A stretch of DNA of 29,211 nucleotides from a virus (Duplodnaviria > Caudoviricetes): the IMG/VR virus record IMGVR_UViG_3300031746_000121, positions 1-29,211 of that record; one strand, 5' to 3'. Below are positions 8,967-17,947 of this stretch, in pieces (position 1 is the first letter of the stretch; every line of letters begins with the position of its first letter). A model generated the notes under the pieces. That model ran no database searches. It worked only from the letters and a program-made list of their open reading frames with translations, and was not told where the DNA came from. The position numbers were made by a program, and so were the translations under genes.

Positions 8967-9926
8967 TTATCCTGTGTAGCTAAATGTCGAAGAGATAAAT
9001 TCGAGCAGAGTGTTTGAGCCGCTTGTGTAAGCCGCTGTGCGCAAAGTACCAGTAAATGTTCCTGAATAGTTTGCGGTTGGGATTGATAGGATCACAATAC
9101 CCGATCCACCCGCCATACCTGTACCTGCGTTATTAACACCACCCGCACCACCGCCTGTGTTTGCAGTACCAGCCACGCCCGTTGCACCACCGCCACCATT
9201 ACCGCCTGCGCTACTTGTGCCTGATCCCGCACCGCCACCGCCTGCGAGATAATAAGTGCCAGTAACTAGTTGACCTGCGGTTGAGCCTGTAATCGGATTA
9301 GCTAAACCTGCACCGCCTGCTGCGGTTGATGCGCCTGTTGATCCTGCTGCGCTTGCACCACCGCCACCACAAAACTGTGCTGAGCCTGTTGGAGTACATC
9401 CACCGTTGTTGCCTTCCAAAGGAATGCCGAACGGAACATATGGGGTGTTGTTTTGACCGCTATTACCTCCTCCTGAGCCACCTAAACCGCCATTCCAACT
9501 TGGGGCGCTGTTGATGGTTCCACCACCACCACCACCATGACACAAAAACCCTTGAAACGTACTATTGCCGCCTGTACCACCTGCTAGAGAGGAACTTCCT
9601 GCTGTACCACCTGCACCCACCGTGCCTGAAAAAACTGTTCCTGTAATAATTGGAACACCTGAACCTGAACGAAGACCACCCGCACCGCCACCGCCACTTA
9701 AAAACGCACCTGATCCACCGCCCCCTGCAACTACGCAAACACTAATAACATATGAGCCACCACCACCCGTTGCCGTTCCAAACTTCCACACGCCCGTACC
9801 TGCGGTGTTCTTCAAAAACAGAAAGCCGTCAGTCGTGTTCATAGCGAGTTCACCCGCCGCCAACTGACCCGTGGTGGGTACTGCCGCTGCGGTGGTTGAC
9901 CGCTTGATTAGGATTTTGGTTGCCAT
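8967..9926 (-). CDS. Glycine-rich tail fibre/receptor-binding protein
   Basis: N-terminal 'IKRSTT..VPT..LAAGELAMNTTDG' module followed by a Gly-rich domain ('VVAGGGG...GGGGAGG...ANTGGGAGG...GGSGIVI'). Confidence 0.75.
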   Translation of the reverse strand: MATKILIKRSTTAAAVPTTGQLAAGELAMNTTDGFLFLKNTAGTGVWKFGTATGGGGSYVISVCVVAGGGGSGAFLSGGGGAGGLRSGSGVPIITGTVFSGTVGAGGTAGSSSLAGGTGGNSTFQGFLCHGGGGGGTINSAPSWNGGLGGSGGGNSGQNNTPYVPFGIPLEGNNGGCTPTGSAQFCGGGGASAAGSTGASTAAGGAGLANPITGSTAGQLVTGTYYLAGGGGAGSGTSSAGGNGGGGATGVAGTANTGGGAGGVNNAGTGMAGGSGIVILSIPTANYSGTFTGTLRTAAYTSGSNTLLEFISSTFSYTG

Positions 9927-9930
9927 GTTT

Positions 9931-10110
9931 TTAAATCAAAGTGTGTTGGCAGGTAGCTTGATCCAACTTGATCACCGCTGTTCCCGCCGTGTTTAAAAAC
10001 GAGATTGTGCCGTCAGTCGAGTTGACCACTAATTCATTTTGAACCATACCCGCCGTTGATGATGGCGCACCCGCCGTGGTGGTCAATCGAATCTTAACTG
10101 TCGTAGCCAT
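9931..10110 (-). CDS. 59-aa stand-alone fibre N-terminal module (MATTVKIRLTTTAGAPSSTAGMVQNELVVNSTDGTISFLNTAGTAVIKLDQATCQHTLI); not in the ORF track
   Basis: ATG overlaps the upstream TAA; TAA at 9931; aligns by eye with the N-terminus of 8967-9926. Confidence 0.75.
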   Translation of the reverse strand: MATTVKIRLTTTAGAPSSTAGMVQNELVVNSTDGTISFLNTAGTAVIKLDQATCQHTLI

Positions 10111-13100
10111 TAGTACGTTCCTCCATCAATTACGTCTGTCCAAACTGGGTTGTTTGATACGTCTGTGGTCAAGATGCCGTAACTGGTTGTCGGCGCGTTT
10201 GTGCCGTTGGTAGACACCACATTGGTGACCGCTGATGTGCCGTTACCGATCACTACACCTTTTGCAGTGATCGTAACAACGCCTGTGCCGCCGTTGGCGA
10301 CGATTAAAGTGCCACCTAGTGTCAAAGTACCTGAAGTGGTGATCGCGCCGCCTGTGAGCGTTAAACCAGTCGTTCCACCCGAACCGCTAACCGATGTGAC
10401 CGTTCCTGTACCGCCAATTGTTGTCCATGATGCGGCAGCGCCTGATCCACCTGAAGTCAAGACTTGACCTGATGTACCTGTGTTAGTTCCCGTGTTACCA
10501 AGTGACCATGACCCATTACTAAAAATACGAAGCACTTCTGCAGTGCCATTACCTAAGATAAGCGTATTTGTTAAAGTAGCTGACCCACTGATTGAGCCAA
10601 TAATTACATTACCAGTACCAGTTGTAACCGATTGACCTGCATTTGTACCGATGAAGATGTTGCTTGATCCAGTTGTGACGGCAGAGCCTGCGCCACTCCC
10701 AACAGCCACGTTGAAGTCGGTTGTGGCTAAAGTTAGAGCGTTGTATCCAATTGCAACAGTTTGCTGACCTGTGCTGTTTGTTTTGTATGCACCATAACCA
10801 ATTGCGGTATTACTTGACCCAGTTGTGTTCGTATTTAACGCTTGGAATCCAACTGCAGTATTAGTAGCAATCGATCCCGATCCTTTACCTACAGTAAGCG
10901 TGTTAATTAATCCGTCTGTGCTTGCAGAATCTTTAAGTAATTTTCCAGTTGTTCCATTAAACAACGCAATGCCGTTGGCGGTAGCACTAGCAGGCCCAAC
11001 CACATCGCCTGTACCACTAACAGTTGTCCACGCAGGTAAACCCGCAACAACACTTAATATTTGACCATTTGAGCCAATGCCGAGCATCGCGGTGGTGTTT
11101 AGTGCCGATTGATAATGCAACGATCCCGCAGCACCACCAAGCACGTTTGTTGTGTTGGTTGAGTTTGTTACTGCAGTAGTGCTAATCGCACTAACAATTT
11201 GAGCCGCAGACGCAGCGGTAAATGCTGATGTGCCATTACCAAAAGCAATGCCGCTAAGTGTTGCCACACCCGTTCCACCGTTGCCGACAACTAATGTACC
11301 CGCAAGCGTGATAGTACCTGTGGTGGTGATCGGCCCACCCGAAGTAGTCAATCCTGTTGTGCCACCCGAAACAGCAACCGATGTGACCGTACCCGAACCA
11401 CTAACAGTTGACCATGCGGGAACACCTGTCACTAAAGTTAAAACTTGACCGTTTGTGCCAACAGACAATTTAGACAAAGCAGTCGTGGTTGAGGCATATA
11501 GAATATCGCCCACGGCATACGAAGATTGCCCCGTGCCGCCGTTGGCTGCTATCAATGTGCCGCCAAGGGTCAATGTGCCTGTCGTGGTGATTGGCCCACC
11601 AGTTAAAGTAAGCCCTGTTGTGCCACCTGCACCGCTCACGCTTGTGACCGTTCCTGTGCCTGTGACCGCTGTCCAAGTGGGGGCGCTTGCACCCTGCGAT
11701 GTCAACACATAACCCGCTGTTCCAGTTGAACCTGCAAGAGAAATCGTTGAATTGACTCGTAATGTTGTGAACGTACCCGCCGCTGCTGTTGTGCCGCCGA
11801 TTGCGGGAGGTGAAGACAAATCAAGCGTGCCGCCCAAGGTCAAGCTACCTGTGGTAGTGACCGTTCCTGTTAGAGTCAATCCGTTGACTGTGCCTGCACC
11901 GCTGACAGAAGTAACTGTGCCTGTTCCTGTGACGGTTGTCCATGTCGGTGCAGCGGCTGCGCCACCCGATGTAAGAACCTGACCTGAAGTGCCGTAATTT
12001 GTTCCTGTCGCGCCAATTGACCACGCGCCTGCAGTAAGAATACGAAGTCTTTCCGTAGCGCCTGCCGCAAGGATTACGGTGGTGGATAGGGCAGCGACAC
12101 CGTTAATGTTTCCGATGATTGTGTTGCTGCTACCAGTAGTTATTGCACTGCCTGCGTTGTAACCTAAAAGTGTGTTGTTTGTTCCTGTGCTGACAAACGT
12201 ACCCGCACTGTAACCAAAACCACTATTAAAACTCGCCGTAACATACCCCAAAGCACCGTCACCAAAAGCTGAATTTGAAGCGCCAATAATGTTTGCCGTC
12301 ATCGTTTGAGCGCCAAACGCAGAATTTCCCGACCCCGTTGTAATAAGTCCTAGCGTAGAAACTCCAAACGCCGTATTGCTTGAAAGTGAACCTGCGCCCC
12401 TACCGATTGTTATGCCGTGGATTGACCCATCAGTAGCAGAAGAATCTCTAAGCAATGTTCCTGTTGAGTTATCAAATAACGGGATTCCATATAAAGTTGA
12501 GGTGGCAGGCCCGACCACATAATTTGACAGTGTGCGCCAAGAGGGAAATCCTGCAAAGACAGTCAAAACTTGCCCCGCCGTACCAATTCCAAGCATTGTC
12601 GTACTGTTTATTGCGGATTGATAAGGAATTGAACTTGTCGCACCACCAAGCAGATTAGTAGCGTTGGTTGCGTTTGTTGCGTTGGTGGCGTTGGTAACCG
12701 CTGTTGCACCAATCGCACTTACTATTTGCGCCCCTGTCGCCGCAGTAAATGCTGACGTTCCATTGCCAAATGCAATGCCGCTTAATGTTGCTACACCTGT
12801 ACCGCCGTTGGAAGCAACCAACGTGCCGCCAAGGGTAAGCGTTCCCGCCGTTGTGATTGGCCCACCCGAAAGTGTCAAGCCAGTAGTACCGCCCGATCCG
12901 CTTACCGAAGTTACTGTACCCGACCCACCGCCGCTAGATACCCAAGCAGGTAAACCCGCAACAATTCCTAAAACTTGTCCTGCCGTACCAATTGGCAGCA
13001 TTGCCGTAACGCTTGTTGCAGACTGATACGGCAACGAACCCGCAAGTCCACCTATCAAACTTGTAGCCAACCCGCCGCCGCCACCGCCCCCTAGCGAGGC

Positions 13101-13214
13101 AATCGCCGCCGTGGTCGTTTGTACGGTCAAACCATTCTGCACAATAGGAACTAATTCCAAGCCTGTGAGAGCGGTCTGTGGTTGAGGTAGTGCGGAGATT
13201 CTTACGTCAGCCAT
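10110..13214 (-). CDS. Long repetitive tail fibre protein (1034 aa)
   Basis: Five 'GTVTSVS..G....LT..G..TT.GT.TL.GTL' repeats, YadA-head-like 'NTA.G..AL' repeats, C-terminal IDGGTY. Confidence 0.8.
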   Translation of the reverse strand: MADVRISALPQPQTALTGLELVPIVQNGLTVQTTTAAIASLGGGGGGGLATSLIGGLAGSLPYQSATSVTAMLPIGTAGQVLGIVAGLPAWVSSGGGSGTVTSVSGSGGTTGLTLSGGPITTAGTLTLGGTLVASNGGTGVATLSGIAFGNGTSAFTAATGAQIVSAIGATAVTNATNATNATNATNLLGGATSSIPYQSAINSTTMLGIGTAGQVLTVFAGFPSWRTLSNYVVGPATSTLYGIPLFDNSTGTLLRDSSATDGSIHGITIGRGAGSLSSNTAFGVSTLGLITTGSGNSAFGAQTMTANIIGASNSAFGDGALGYVTASFNSGFGYSAGTFVSTGTNNTLLGYNAGSAITTGSSNTIIGNINGVAALSTTVILAAGATERLRILTAGAWSIGATGTNYGTSGQVLTSGGAAAAPTWTTVTGTGTVTSVSGAGTVNGLTLTGTVTTTGSLTLGGTLDLSSPPAIGGTTAAAGTFTTLRVNSTISLAGSTGTAGYVLTSQGASAPTWTAVTGTGTVTSVSGAGGTTGLTLTGGPITTTGTLTLGGTLIAANGGTGQSSYAVGDILYASTTTALSKLSVGTNGQVLTLVTGVPAWSTVSGSGTVTSVAVSGGTTGLTTSGGPITTTGTITLAGTLVVGNGGTGVATLSGIAFGNGTSAFTAASAAQIVSAISTTAVTNSTNTTNVLGGAAGSLHYQSALNTTAMLGIGSNGQILSVVAGLPAWTTVSGTGDVVGPASATANGIALFNGTTGKLLKDSASTDGLINTLTVGKGSGSIATNTAVGFQALNTNTTGSSNTAIGYGAYKTNSTGQQTVAIGYNALTLATTDFNVAVGSGAGSAVTTGSSNIFIGTNAGQSVTTGTGNVIIGSISGSATLTNTLILGNGTAEVLRIFSNGSWSLGNTGTNTGTSGQVLTSGGSGAAASWTTIGGTGTVTSVSGSGGTTGLTLTGGAITTSGTLTLGGTLIVANGGTGVVTITAKGVVIGNGTSAVTNVVSTNGTNAPTTSYGILTTDVSNNPVWTDVIDGGTY

Positions 13215-13543
13215 TATGGACTCAATGTGTCAAGGTTTCCGTCAATCGGATTGGATGTTTGTTCAAGCGCGATACCCAAGCTGCCCGATGGGTTGGTGAC
13301 AAGCGCATTGTGCGCGGCAATAACACTCACATCAGGGCGGGGGAAGCGGATTGAAATCTTTTCTGTCTGTCGCGCAGGCAGGCGGTACGGGTCAAACTGG
13401 TCAGAGCAGCCTTCGTTGCACACCCGAAGCCCCGGTATATTCCCGTCTTGGCTGATGACCGAATACGCCCTCTTCATGCGGCATCGGTCGCAGATTGCGA
13501 TTGATAATGACGCATTGCCAAGGGTGTTTAAGAATCTGCCCAT
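13214..13543 (-). CDS. Hypothetical protein with putative Zn-binding Cys pairs
   Basis: CDRC...CNEGC followed by 'PRPD'; overlaps both neighbours by 1 nt. Confidence 0.7.
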   Translation of the reverse strand: MGRFLNTLGNASLSIAICDRCRMKRAYSVISQDGNIPGLRVCNEGCSDQFDPYRLPARQTEKISIRFPRPDVSVIAAHNALVTNPSGSLGIALEQTSNPIDGNLDTLSP

Positions 13544-14601
13544 TATCGTGTGTAGTAGCTGATGTTGGGTGCAAAGTAAATCGGTGACTTGTCGCGCTCT
13601 TCGTTCTCAGCCATCGCCCAATATTTTTCCCATTGCGCTTCGCAGTATTGAATCCGCGCAGGGTCAACCTGTGGAAGTTCCATCGCCATCTGATGCGACA
13701 ACCCGTTTAGGATCGCCATGTACCAACGCTGCGGGATTTCCAACTCGCCGTTCAGGTCGCCAACGTCTTGAATCTGACGGCTGACCCACAGTTCAAGTTG
13801 TGGCTGAATGTTGTCGGGTACGGGCCATAAATACATCGTGGGCTGCGGAATCGTGCGATCAAACCACCATTGGAGAGGGCGATTTGATGTGAAATTGCGG
13901 TTCGGCAGGCTTGAATAATCATCACGATTCATGCGCGACATATTGATGGCGATGGGCGATGACCCAAACACCACCTGATAGAACCCCATGTTCACGCCTG
14001 CTGACTGCTGAATGCGCCAGTAGGGGGCGTTCGCAGATGCGTTGATGTCGTAATAAATCCACTCGTTGACCGACCAAGCGGTCGCAGGAAGCGATTCCAC
14101 GGTTACCCATGTCGTACCATCAATTGAGTATTGAATCGCCGCTGTGACCGATCCTGACATCGCAGGGAGTATGCCAATCGTTGAAACGTAAACTGGGTTA
14201 CCCGTTCCGTTCGCAATGCCGATTGAACCCGTGTTTGATGTCAGTTGGCATATGCTCTGACCGATCCCGTCAAACGCATTTGAGGTGATCCCTGATGTGC
14301 TGTTGTAGCCTGTGCTGTTCGCGGTTAACGTGCGGTAGTTGGCGTTCAGTACGTCAACCGTGCCGACTGGTAGCGTGTACGACAATTGTTCAGGTTGCAG
14401 ACCAACGATGACCTTGTCAATGCACCAATACTGGATGCCCATGTTGACAAGGTTCGACAGCAAAAAATACAGGCTTTGCTTGGCGGCTAAGACCTGCTCA
14501 GAGGTCAACTCTTCAGCGAGTTTACCTGCGCGTCTTGCACCGTGATCGATGAGCGTCATTACCGAAATGGTAGTTTGCCCAACTGTGCCGCTTGTTGCCA
14601 T
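13543..14601 (-). CDS. Putative head-tail connector/adaptor with an inserted beta-sandwich domain
   Basis: 'AKQSLYFLLSNLVNMG', 'RMNRDDYSSLPN..RPLQWWFDR..YLWPVP', 'IPQRWY.A...GL'; position downstream of capsid genes. Confidence 0.6.
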   Translation of the reverse strand: MATSGTVGQTTISVMTLIDHGARRAGKLAEELTSEQVLAAKQSLYFLLSNLVNMGIQYWCIDKVIVGLQPEQLSYTLPVGTVDVLNANYRTLTANSTGYNSTSGITSNAFDGIGQSICQLTSNTGSIGIANGTGNPVYVSTIGILPAMSGSVTAAIQYSIDGTTWVTVESLPATAWSVNEWIYYDINASANAPYWRIQQSAGVNMGFYQVVFGSSPIAINMSRMNRDDYSSLPNRNFTSNRPLQWWFDRTIPQPTMYLWPVPDNIQPQLELWVSRQIQDVGDLNGELEIPQRWYMAILNGLSHQMAMELPQVDPARIQYCEAQWEKYWAMAENEERDKSPIYFAPNISYYTR

Positions 14602-14604
14602 TTG

Positions 14605-14856
14605 TTACCACCCCGGACATTTCCATCGTTTGAGAGAGGCTTTTGCGCGAGGCGCATCACCTTTTGCGTTCTTCACTACGCCGCTCATCCTTGCACAGAA
14701 CGAATCCTTACGACTGCCGCCTTCAGGCTGCGGCGCTTTTAAGTGGCTACCAGTTTCACGATTGTACTTTGCCCGACCCTTTTCTGTCAGCCCCGCACCT
14801 TGTTTGGTCGATAATTTTTCACCGCGACCAACTGAGAGTGATGTGCTTTTTGCCAT
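14605..14856 (-). CDS. Small basic protein, DUF6321-like (83 aa; start moved to MAKST)
   Basis: 'GLTEKGRAKYNRETGSHLKAP...RKDSFCARM.G...SLKRWKC' recalled as a widespread phage motif. Confidence 0.65.
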   Translation of the reverse strand: MAKSTSLSVGRGEKLSTKQGAGLTEKGRAKYNRETGSHLKAPQPEGGSRKDSFCARMSGVVKNAKGDAPRAKASLKRWKCPGW

Positions 14857-14858
14857 AA

Positions 14859-15302
14859 TTACCAACAAGTTTTCTTGGACAAGCCGCCTGTTTTCATCTT
14901 GGCAGTTTTTGCAGACTGTTTAAAAGCTGCAGCGGTCGGTGCGCCTGCACTACCAACCTTGCGCATTTTCTCGCCCGATCCTGCGGCGATACGTTCTTGC
15001 TTGGCGTGGATATTTGCGTACAAACCACCACCCTTCATCTTTTTGCTTAAAAATGCTTTTTCCACAATTTCTACCCTCTCAGGTTTAGTAGTTGCTTGGC
15101 TAACAATTTTCAATCGTTCAGGCTTGCTTTTGCCTTCATCGTAAAAGCCTGCCTTTTTTAAAGACTGGGCTATACCGCCGTCTTTCATCTTGTCAGCCTT
15201 TGCAAACTCCTTGCCCACCTTTTGAGGTACACCGCCGAATCCACCTTTTGTATGGGCAGCGGCTTTCATCAGCCTGTGTTGAGCAGGGGATTTGCTTGGC
15301 AT
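14859..15302 (-). CDS. Basic modular hypothetical protein with three MKxGG motifs
   Basis: 147 aa, Lys/Ala-rich; MKDGG, MKGGG, MKTGG. Confidence 0.75.
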   Translation of the reverse strand: MPSKSPAQHRLMKAAAHTKGGFGGVPQKVGKEFAKADKMKDGGIAQSLKKAGFYDEGKSKPERLKIVSQATTKPERVEIVEKAFLSKKMKGGGLYANIHAKQERIAAGSGEKMRKVGSAGAPTAAAFKQSAKTAKMKTGGLSKKTCW

Positions 15303-15304
15303 GG

Positions 15305-16081
15305 TTAAGCACCGCTATCAAGAATCAAATAACCTTCAGCACCAATTGAAGCTACATAGGTGTTGGCGCTTGCTCTAAACTTTAAAACAATGTCAGTCTT
15401 TTCCAAAAAAGGGCGTGGCATCACACGCTGCGAGTTATAGTTGACCACAAAAGGCGCTTGCTGAGTAGTCCTAGCAACACCAGTTGAAGAATAAGTTGAG
15501 TTAAGGTAAACCATATAATCTGCCGAACTTCCGTTGGCAGAAGTGTAAGCATCAACACGACTCAAATAAAATGTATAACCTGCAGGAACTGTATAAATTG
15601 ACATTTGACTGCGACCGATACTTTCACCCGCTACGGTAAGACCGATTTGTGCGTAAGTTGTGGTGTTGGTCAAATTTTTAAGCGTAATCGTTCCTGTTGG
15701 CATAGTACCTGCCGTTACAGATGCAACAAAGATGGAATTGATGCGCAAATATGATTTTGCGGTCATAACAGCAGTAGTGCCGTTCAGCGTCAAGTTTTCA
15801 CTAATTGCAACATAGCTTGAATCCAAACCCTGAATTGTAACAACCGTGCCTGTTTTGTCACCGCCAGTATTGATTGTGCTTACCAAGTTCATGGTTGTTG
15901 CGGCAGCAGGGAAAGTGTACGCCGTTGCGTTTTCCCAAGCAGGGATAGCAGTTGTTGTGATGGCAGAACCATAGCCGTAAATGTTTACCGTACTATGTCC
16001 CATAATTTGACTGCGAGCAACTTGCAAGTCAAAGGGTTCATATGTTCCGACACGGGTGACTGAAGAGATGATACTGCCCAT
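15305..16081 (-). CDS. Putative virion structural protein
   Basis: 258 aa, Thr-rich beta protein; AAAGGA ribosome-binding site. Confidence 0.7.
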   Translation of the reverse strand: MGSIISSVTRVGTYEPFDLQVARSQIMGHSTVNIYGYGSAITTTAIPAWENATAYTFPAAATTMNLVSTINTGGDKTGTVVTIQGLDSSYVAISENLTLNGTTAVMTAKSYLRINSIFVASVTAGTMPTGTITLKNLTNTTTYAQIGLTVAGESIGRSQMSIYTVPAGYTFYLSRVDAYTSANGSSADYMVYLNSTYSSTGVARTTQQAPFVVNYNSQRVMPRPFLEKTDIVLKFRASANTYVASIGAEGYLILDSGA

Positions 16082-16094
16082 AATCTATCCTTTG

Positions 16095-16122
16095 AAAAAA
16101 CAAGGGCGACCGCAGCCGCCCC
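16095..16122 (-). terminator. Rho-independent terminator
   Basis: Minus strand GGGGCGGC-TGCG-GTCGCCCT then TGTTTTTT, just after the stop at 16132. Confidence 0.75.
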
Positions 16123-16131
16123 GATTTATTA

Positions 16132-16884
16132 CTAGCAGTTGCCTTTCTTCATTGCCTTGAAGCCGCCGCCGTCTTTGCACTTTACTTTGGCAAAACCACC
16201 GTCAGCGTAACCCGCAGCGCCATTTACGACACCGCCTGTGGCAAATTTCTGAATAACACCGCCAGTTGCATAGCCCTTCATGCCGCCGTGCTTCAGCTTG
16301 AGCGTAGTACCCTTACCGCCCTTATGCTCTTGCATATCGTGCTGCTTGAACGCTTTGCCAATCATCGCCTTGTCTTGGGCTTTGTCCATCTTCATTTCTG
16401 ATTTGGTTTCAGCTTTTGACTCGCCGCCTTTAGCCATGCCGCCCTTCTTGCGCATCATAGGTGCTTGAGCGGCTTTTTGAGCCATTGCAGCCTCAATCAT
16501 CGCTTGGCGTGGGTCAGGCTTGCGTGCGCCCATTGCGGGGCGTGCAGGCATCGCACGACCCATTGCAGCACCCATAGGTGGGCGTGCGCCCATCGCAGGG
16601 GCGGCAGCAGTTGGAAGTGCGCCCATAGGCATACCGCCGCCCATAGCCATCTTCTTGGTTTTGCCGCCTGACTTCATAGCCATGCTAGGGTTGTATGCGT
16701 CAGGCATCATCGCGCCGCCCATGTTCATCTTCTTGGGCATACCGCCTTTTTTGGCAGCAAAAGCAGGTATTTTTTTACCGTCTTTCATGACCATTGGCAT
16801 ACCGCCCGACTTCATGCCCTTTGTGGTCACTTCGTCAGCAGTCATTTCCGTAGACTTCATCTTTGTTTCTGATTTGAAACCCAT
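16132..16884 (-). CDS. Met/Lys/Gly-rich low-complexity protein built from xxxGG repeats
   Basis: 250 aa, 13 GG-containing units; AGGAG ribosome-binding site. Confidence 0.8.
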   Translation of the reverse strand: MGFKSETKMKSTEMTADEVTTKGMKSGGMPMVMKDGKKIPAFAAKKGGMPKKMNMGGAMMPDAYNPSMAMKSGGKTKKMAMGGGMPMGALPTAAAPAMGARPPMGAAMGRAMPARPAMGARKPDPRQAMIEAAMAQKAAQAPMMRKKGGMAKGGESKAETKSEMKMDKAQDKAMIGKAFKQHDMQEHKGGKGTTLKLKHGGMKGYATGGVIQKFATGGVVNGAAGYADGGFAKVKCKDGGGFKAMKKGNC

Positions 16885-16894
16885 GATTTATCTC

Positions 16895-17872
16895 CTATGC
16901 CTGTGTAACGCCAAGAGCGCCAGTGCGGGTTGCGTTCGGGCCAGCCGCGATTGCGGGTAGGGCTATTCCCATCACAAGCCGTTTGATGCCGTCACAAGCA
17001 GATGAGGGCGCATAAGTACCCCTCACATCGCCTGTGGTTGTAGTAGCCGTCAAAGTAGCGGCAACAGTCATTGTGCCTGCATCTTCAGCCAAGGTGTTAT
17101 CCCAACCTGCACGGGCAACGTAACCTCTGTCGGTAATGCGCAATGGCGAACCCAAGATGTCAGTTGTACCCACAGCAACAGTCACCACGCTGCCGCCTGA
17201 AGCGGTAACGCTAGAGATTTGGTAAAAGGCTTTTTTACCGTTGACCGTTGTTGATGCGACTGTACCAGTTGCGATCACTTCGCTCATGGCTTGACCGTAA
17301 TAGTCGTAACCCGAAATGGTAATGTTGACAGAAGTCGGAGTACCTGCGCCTGTGGTTGTAGCAACTGCGCGAGGACAGTCAAGCTGCAAGCCTGTTGCGC
17401 CGCCTGTGATGGTCGTGGATATAACACCTGCACCTGCTGCGAGAGGGAGAGCGGCGGCAGTTGTGATGGCAGCGGCAACAATGTTTGTTGTCAGTTTTGC
17501 CTGTGGTACAGCATCCCAAATGAAGAGGCGACCCAATGGGCCAACACCTACGCTCATGGGTGATGGGTTTTGCAAAGAAGCATTACCCGAACCAATGATT
17601 GTGGCGCTTGCTACAGTTTGTGAGGCGCTTACGGTATACGTTCCTACGCCGCCTGTACCTGTACCAAAAGCGGTAATGCGTGTTCCATTGGTGAGTGCCG
17701 TTGAACTGTCAATAAACATACCAACAGTAATTGGGTCACCCGAAAGCATCGCAGTGACGGTCAGCGTGGTTGTAGCAATTGAACCAGTAAAGGTTGAAAC
17801 AGCAGGGTATGAATCTTCACCCTGAGTGGTAATGGCTGAACCTAAAAATAGGTCGTCTGAAAACTGGGGCAT
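16895..17872 (-). CDS. Putative virion structural (capsid-associated) protein
   Basis: 325 aa, Thr/Ala/Gly-rich, directly after the major capsid gene; AGGAG ribosome-binding site. Confidence 0.7.
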   Translation of the reverse strand: MPQFSDDLFLGSAITTQGEDSYPAVSTFTGSIATTTLTVTAMLSGDPITVGMFIDSSTALTNGTRITAFGTGTGGVGTYTVSASQTVASATIIGSGNASLQNPSPMSVGVGPLGRLFIWDAVPQAKLTTNIVAAAITTAAALPLAAGAGVISTTITGGATGLQLDCPRAVATTTGAGTPTSVNITISGYDYYGQAMSEVIATGTVASTTVNGKKAFYQISSVTASGGSVVTVAVGTTDILGSPLRITDRGYVARAGWDNTLAEDAGTMTVAATLTATTTTGDVRGTYAPSSACDGIKRLVMGIALPAIAAGPNATRTGALGVTQA

Positions 17873-17911
17873 TTGAAAACTCCTGTGGCTTGAACCACTC
17901 AGAATTAAATT

Positions 17912-17943
17912 AAAAAAGGGGCGGGTATTTCACCGCCCCCCTT
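17912..17943 (-). terminator. Rho-independent terminator after the major capsid gene
   Basis: Minus strand GGGGCGG-TGAAATAC-CCGCCCC followed by TTTTTT. Confidence 0.85.
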
Positions 17944-17947
17944 TGCT

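Noticed and set aside
9991-9997. In-frame slippery heptamer T TTA AAC in the 59-aa gene
   Set aside because: The -1 frame reaches TAA about 30 codons later and is not the frame of the downstream fibre gene, so no fusion results
7954-10110. Diversity-generating retroelement suggested by Mtd-like N-termini
   Set aside because: No reverse transcriptase and no template/variable repeat pair differing at adenines seen in the window
10110-13214. CRISPR-like repeat array
   Set aside because: Repeats are degenerate at synonymous positions, irregularly spaced and protein-coding
8967-13214. GG dipeptides in fibre genes as further copies of the head-region motif
   Set aside because: They are structural Gly-rich repeats lacking the Met/Lys linker context
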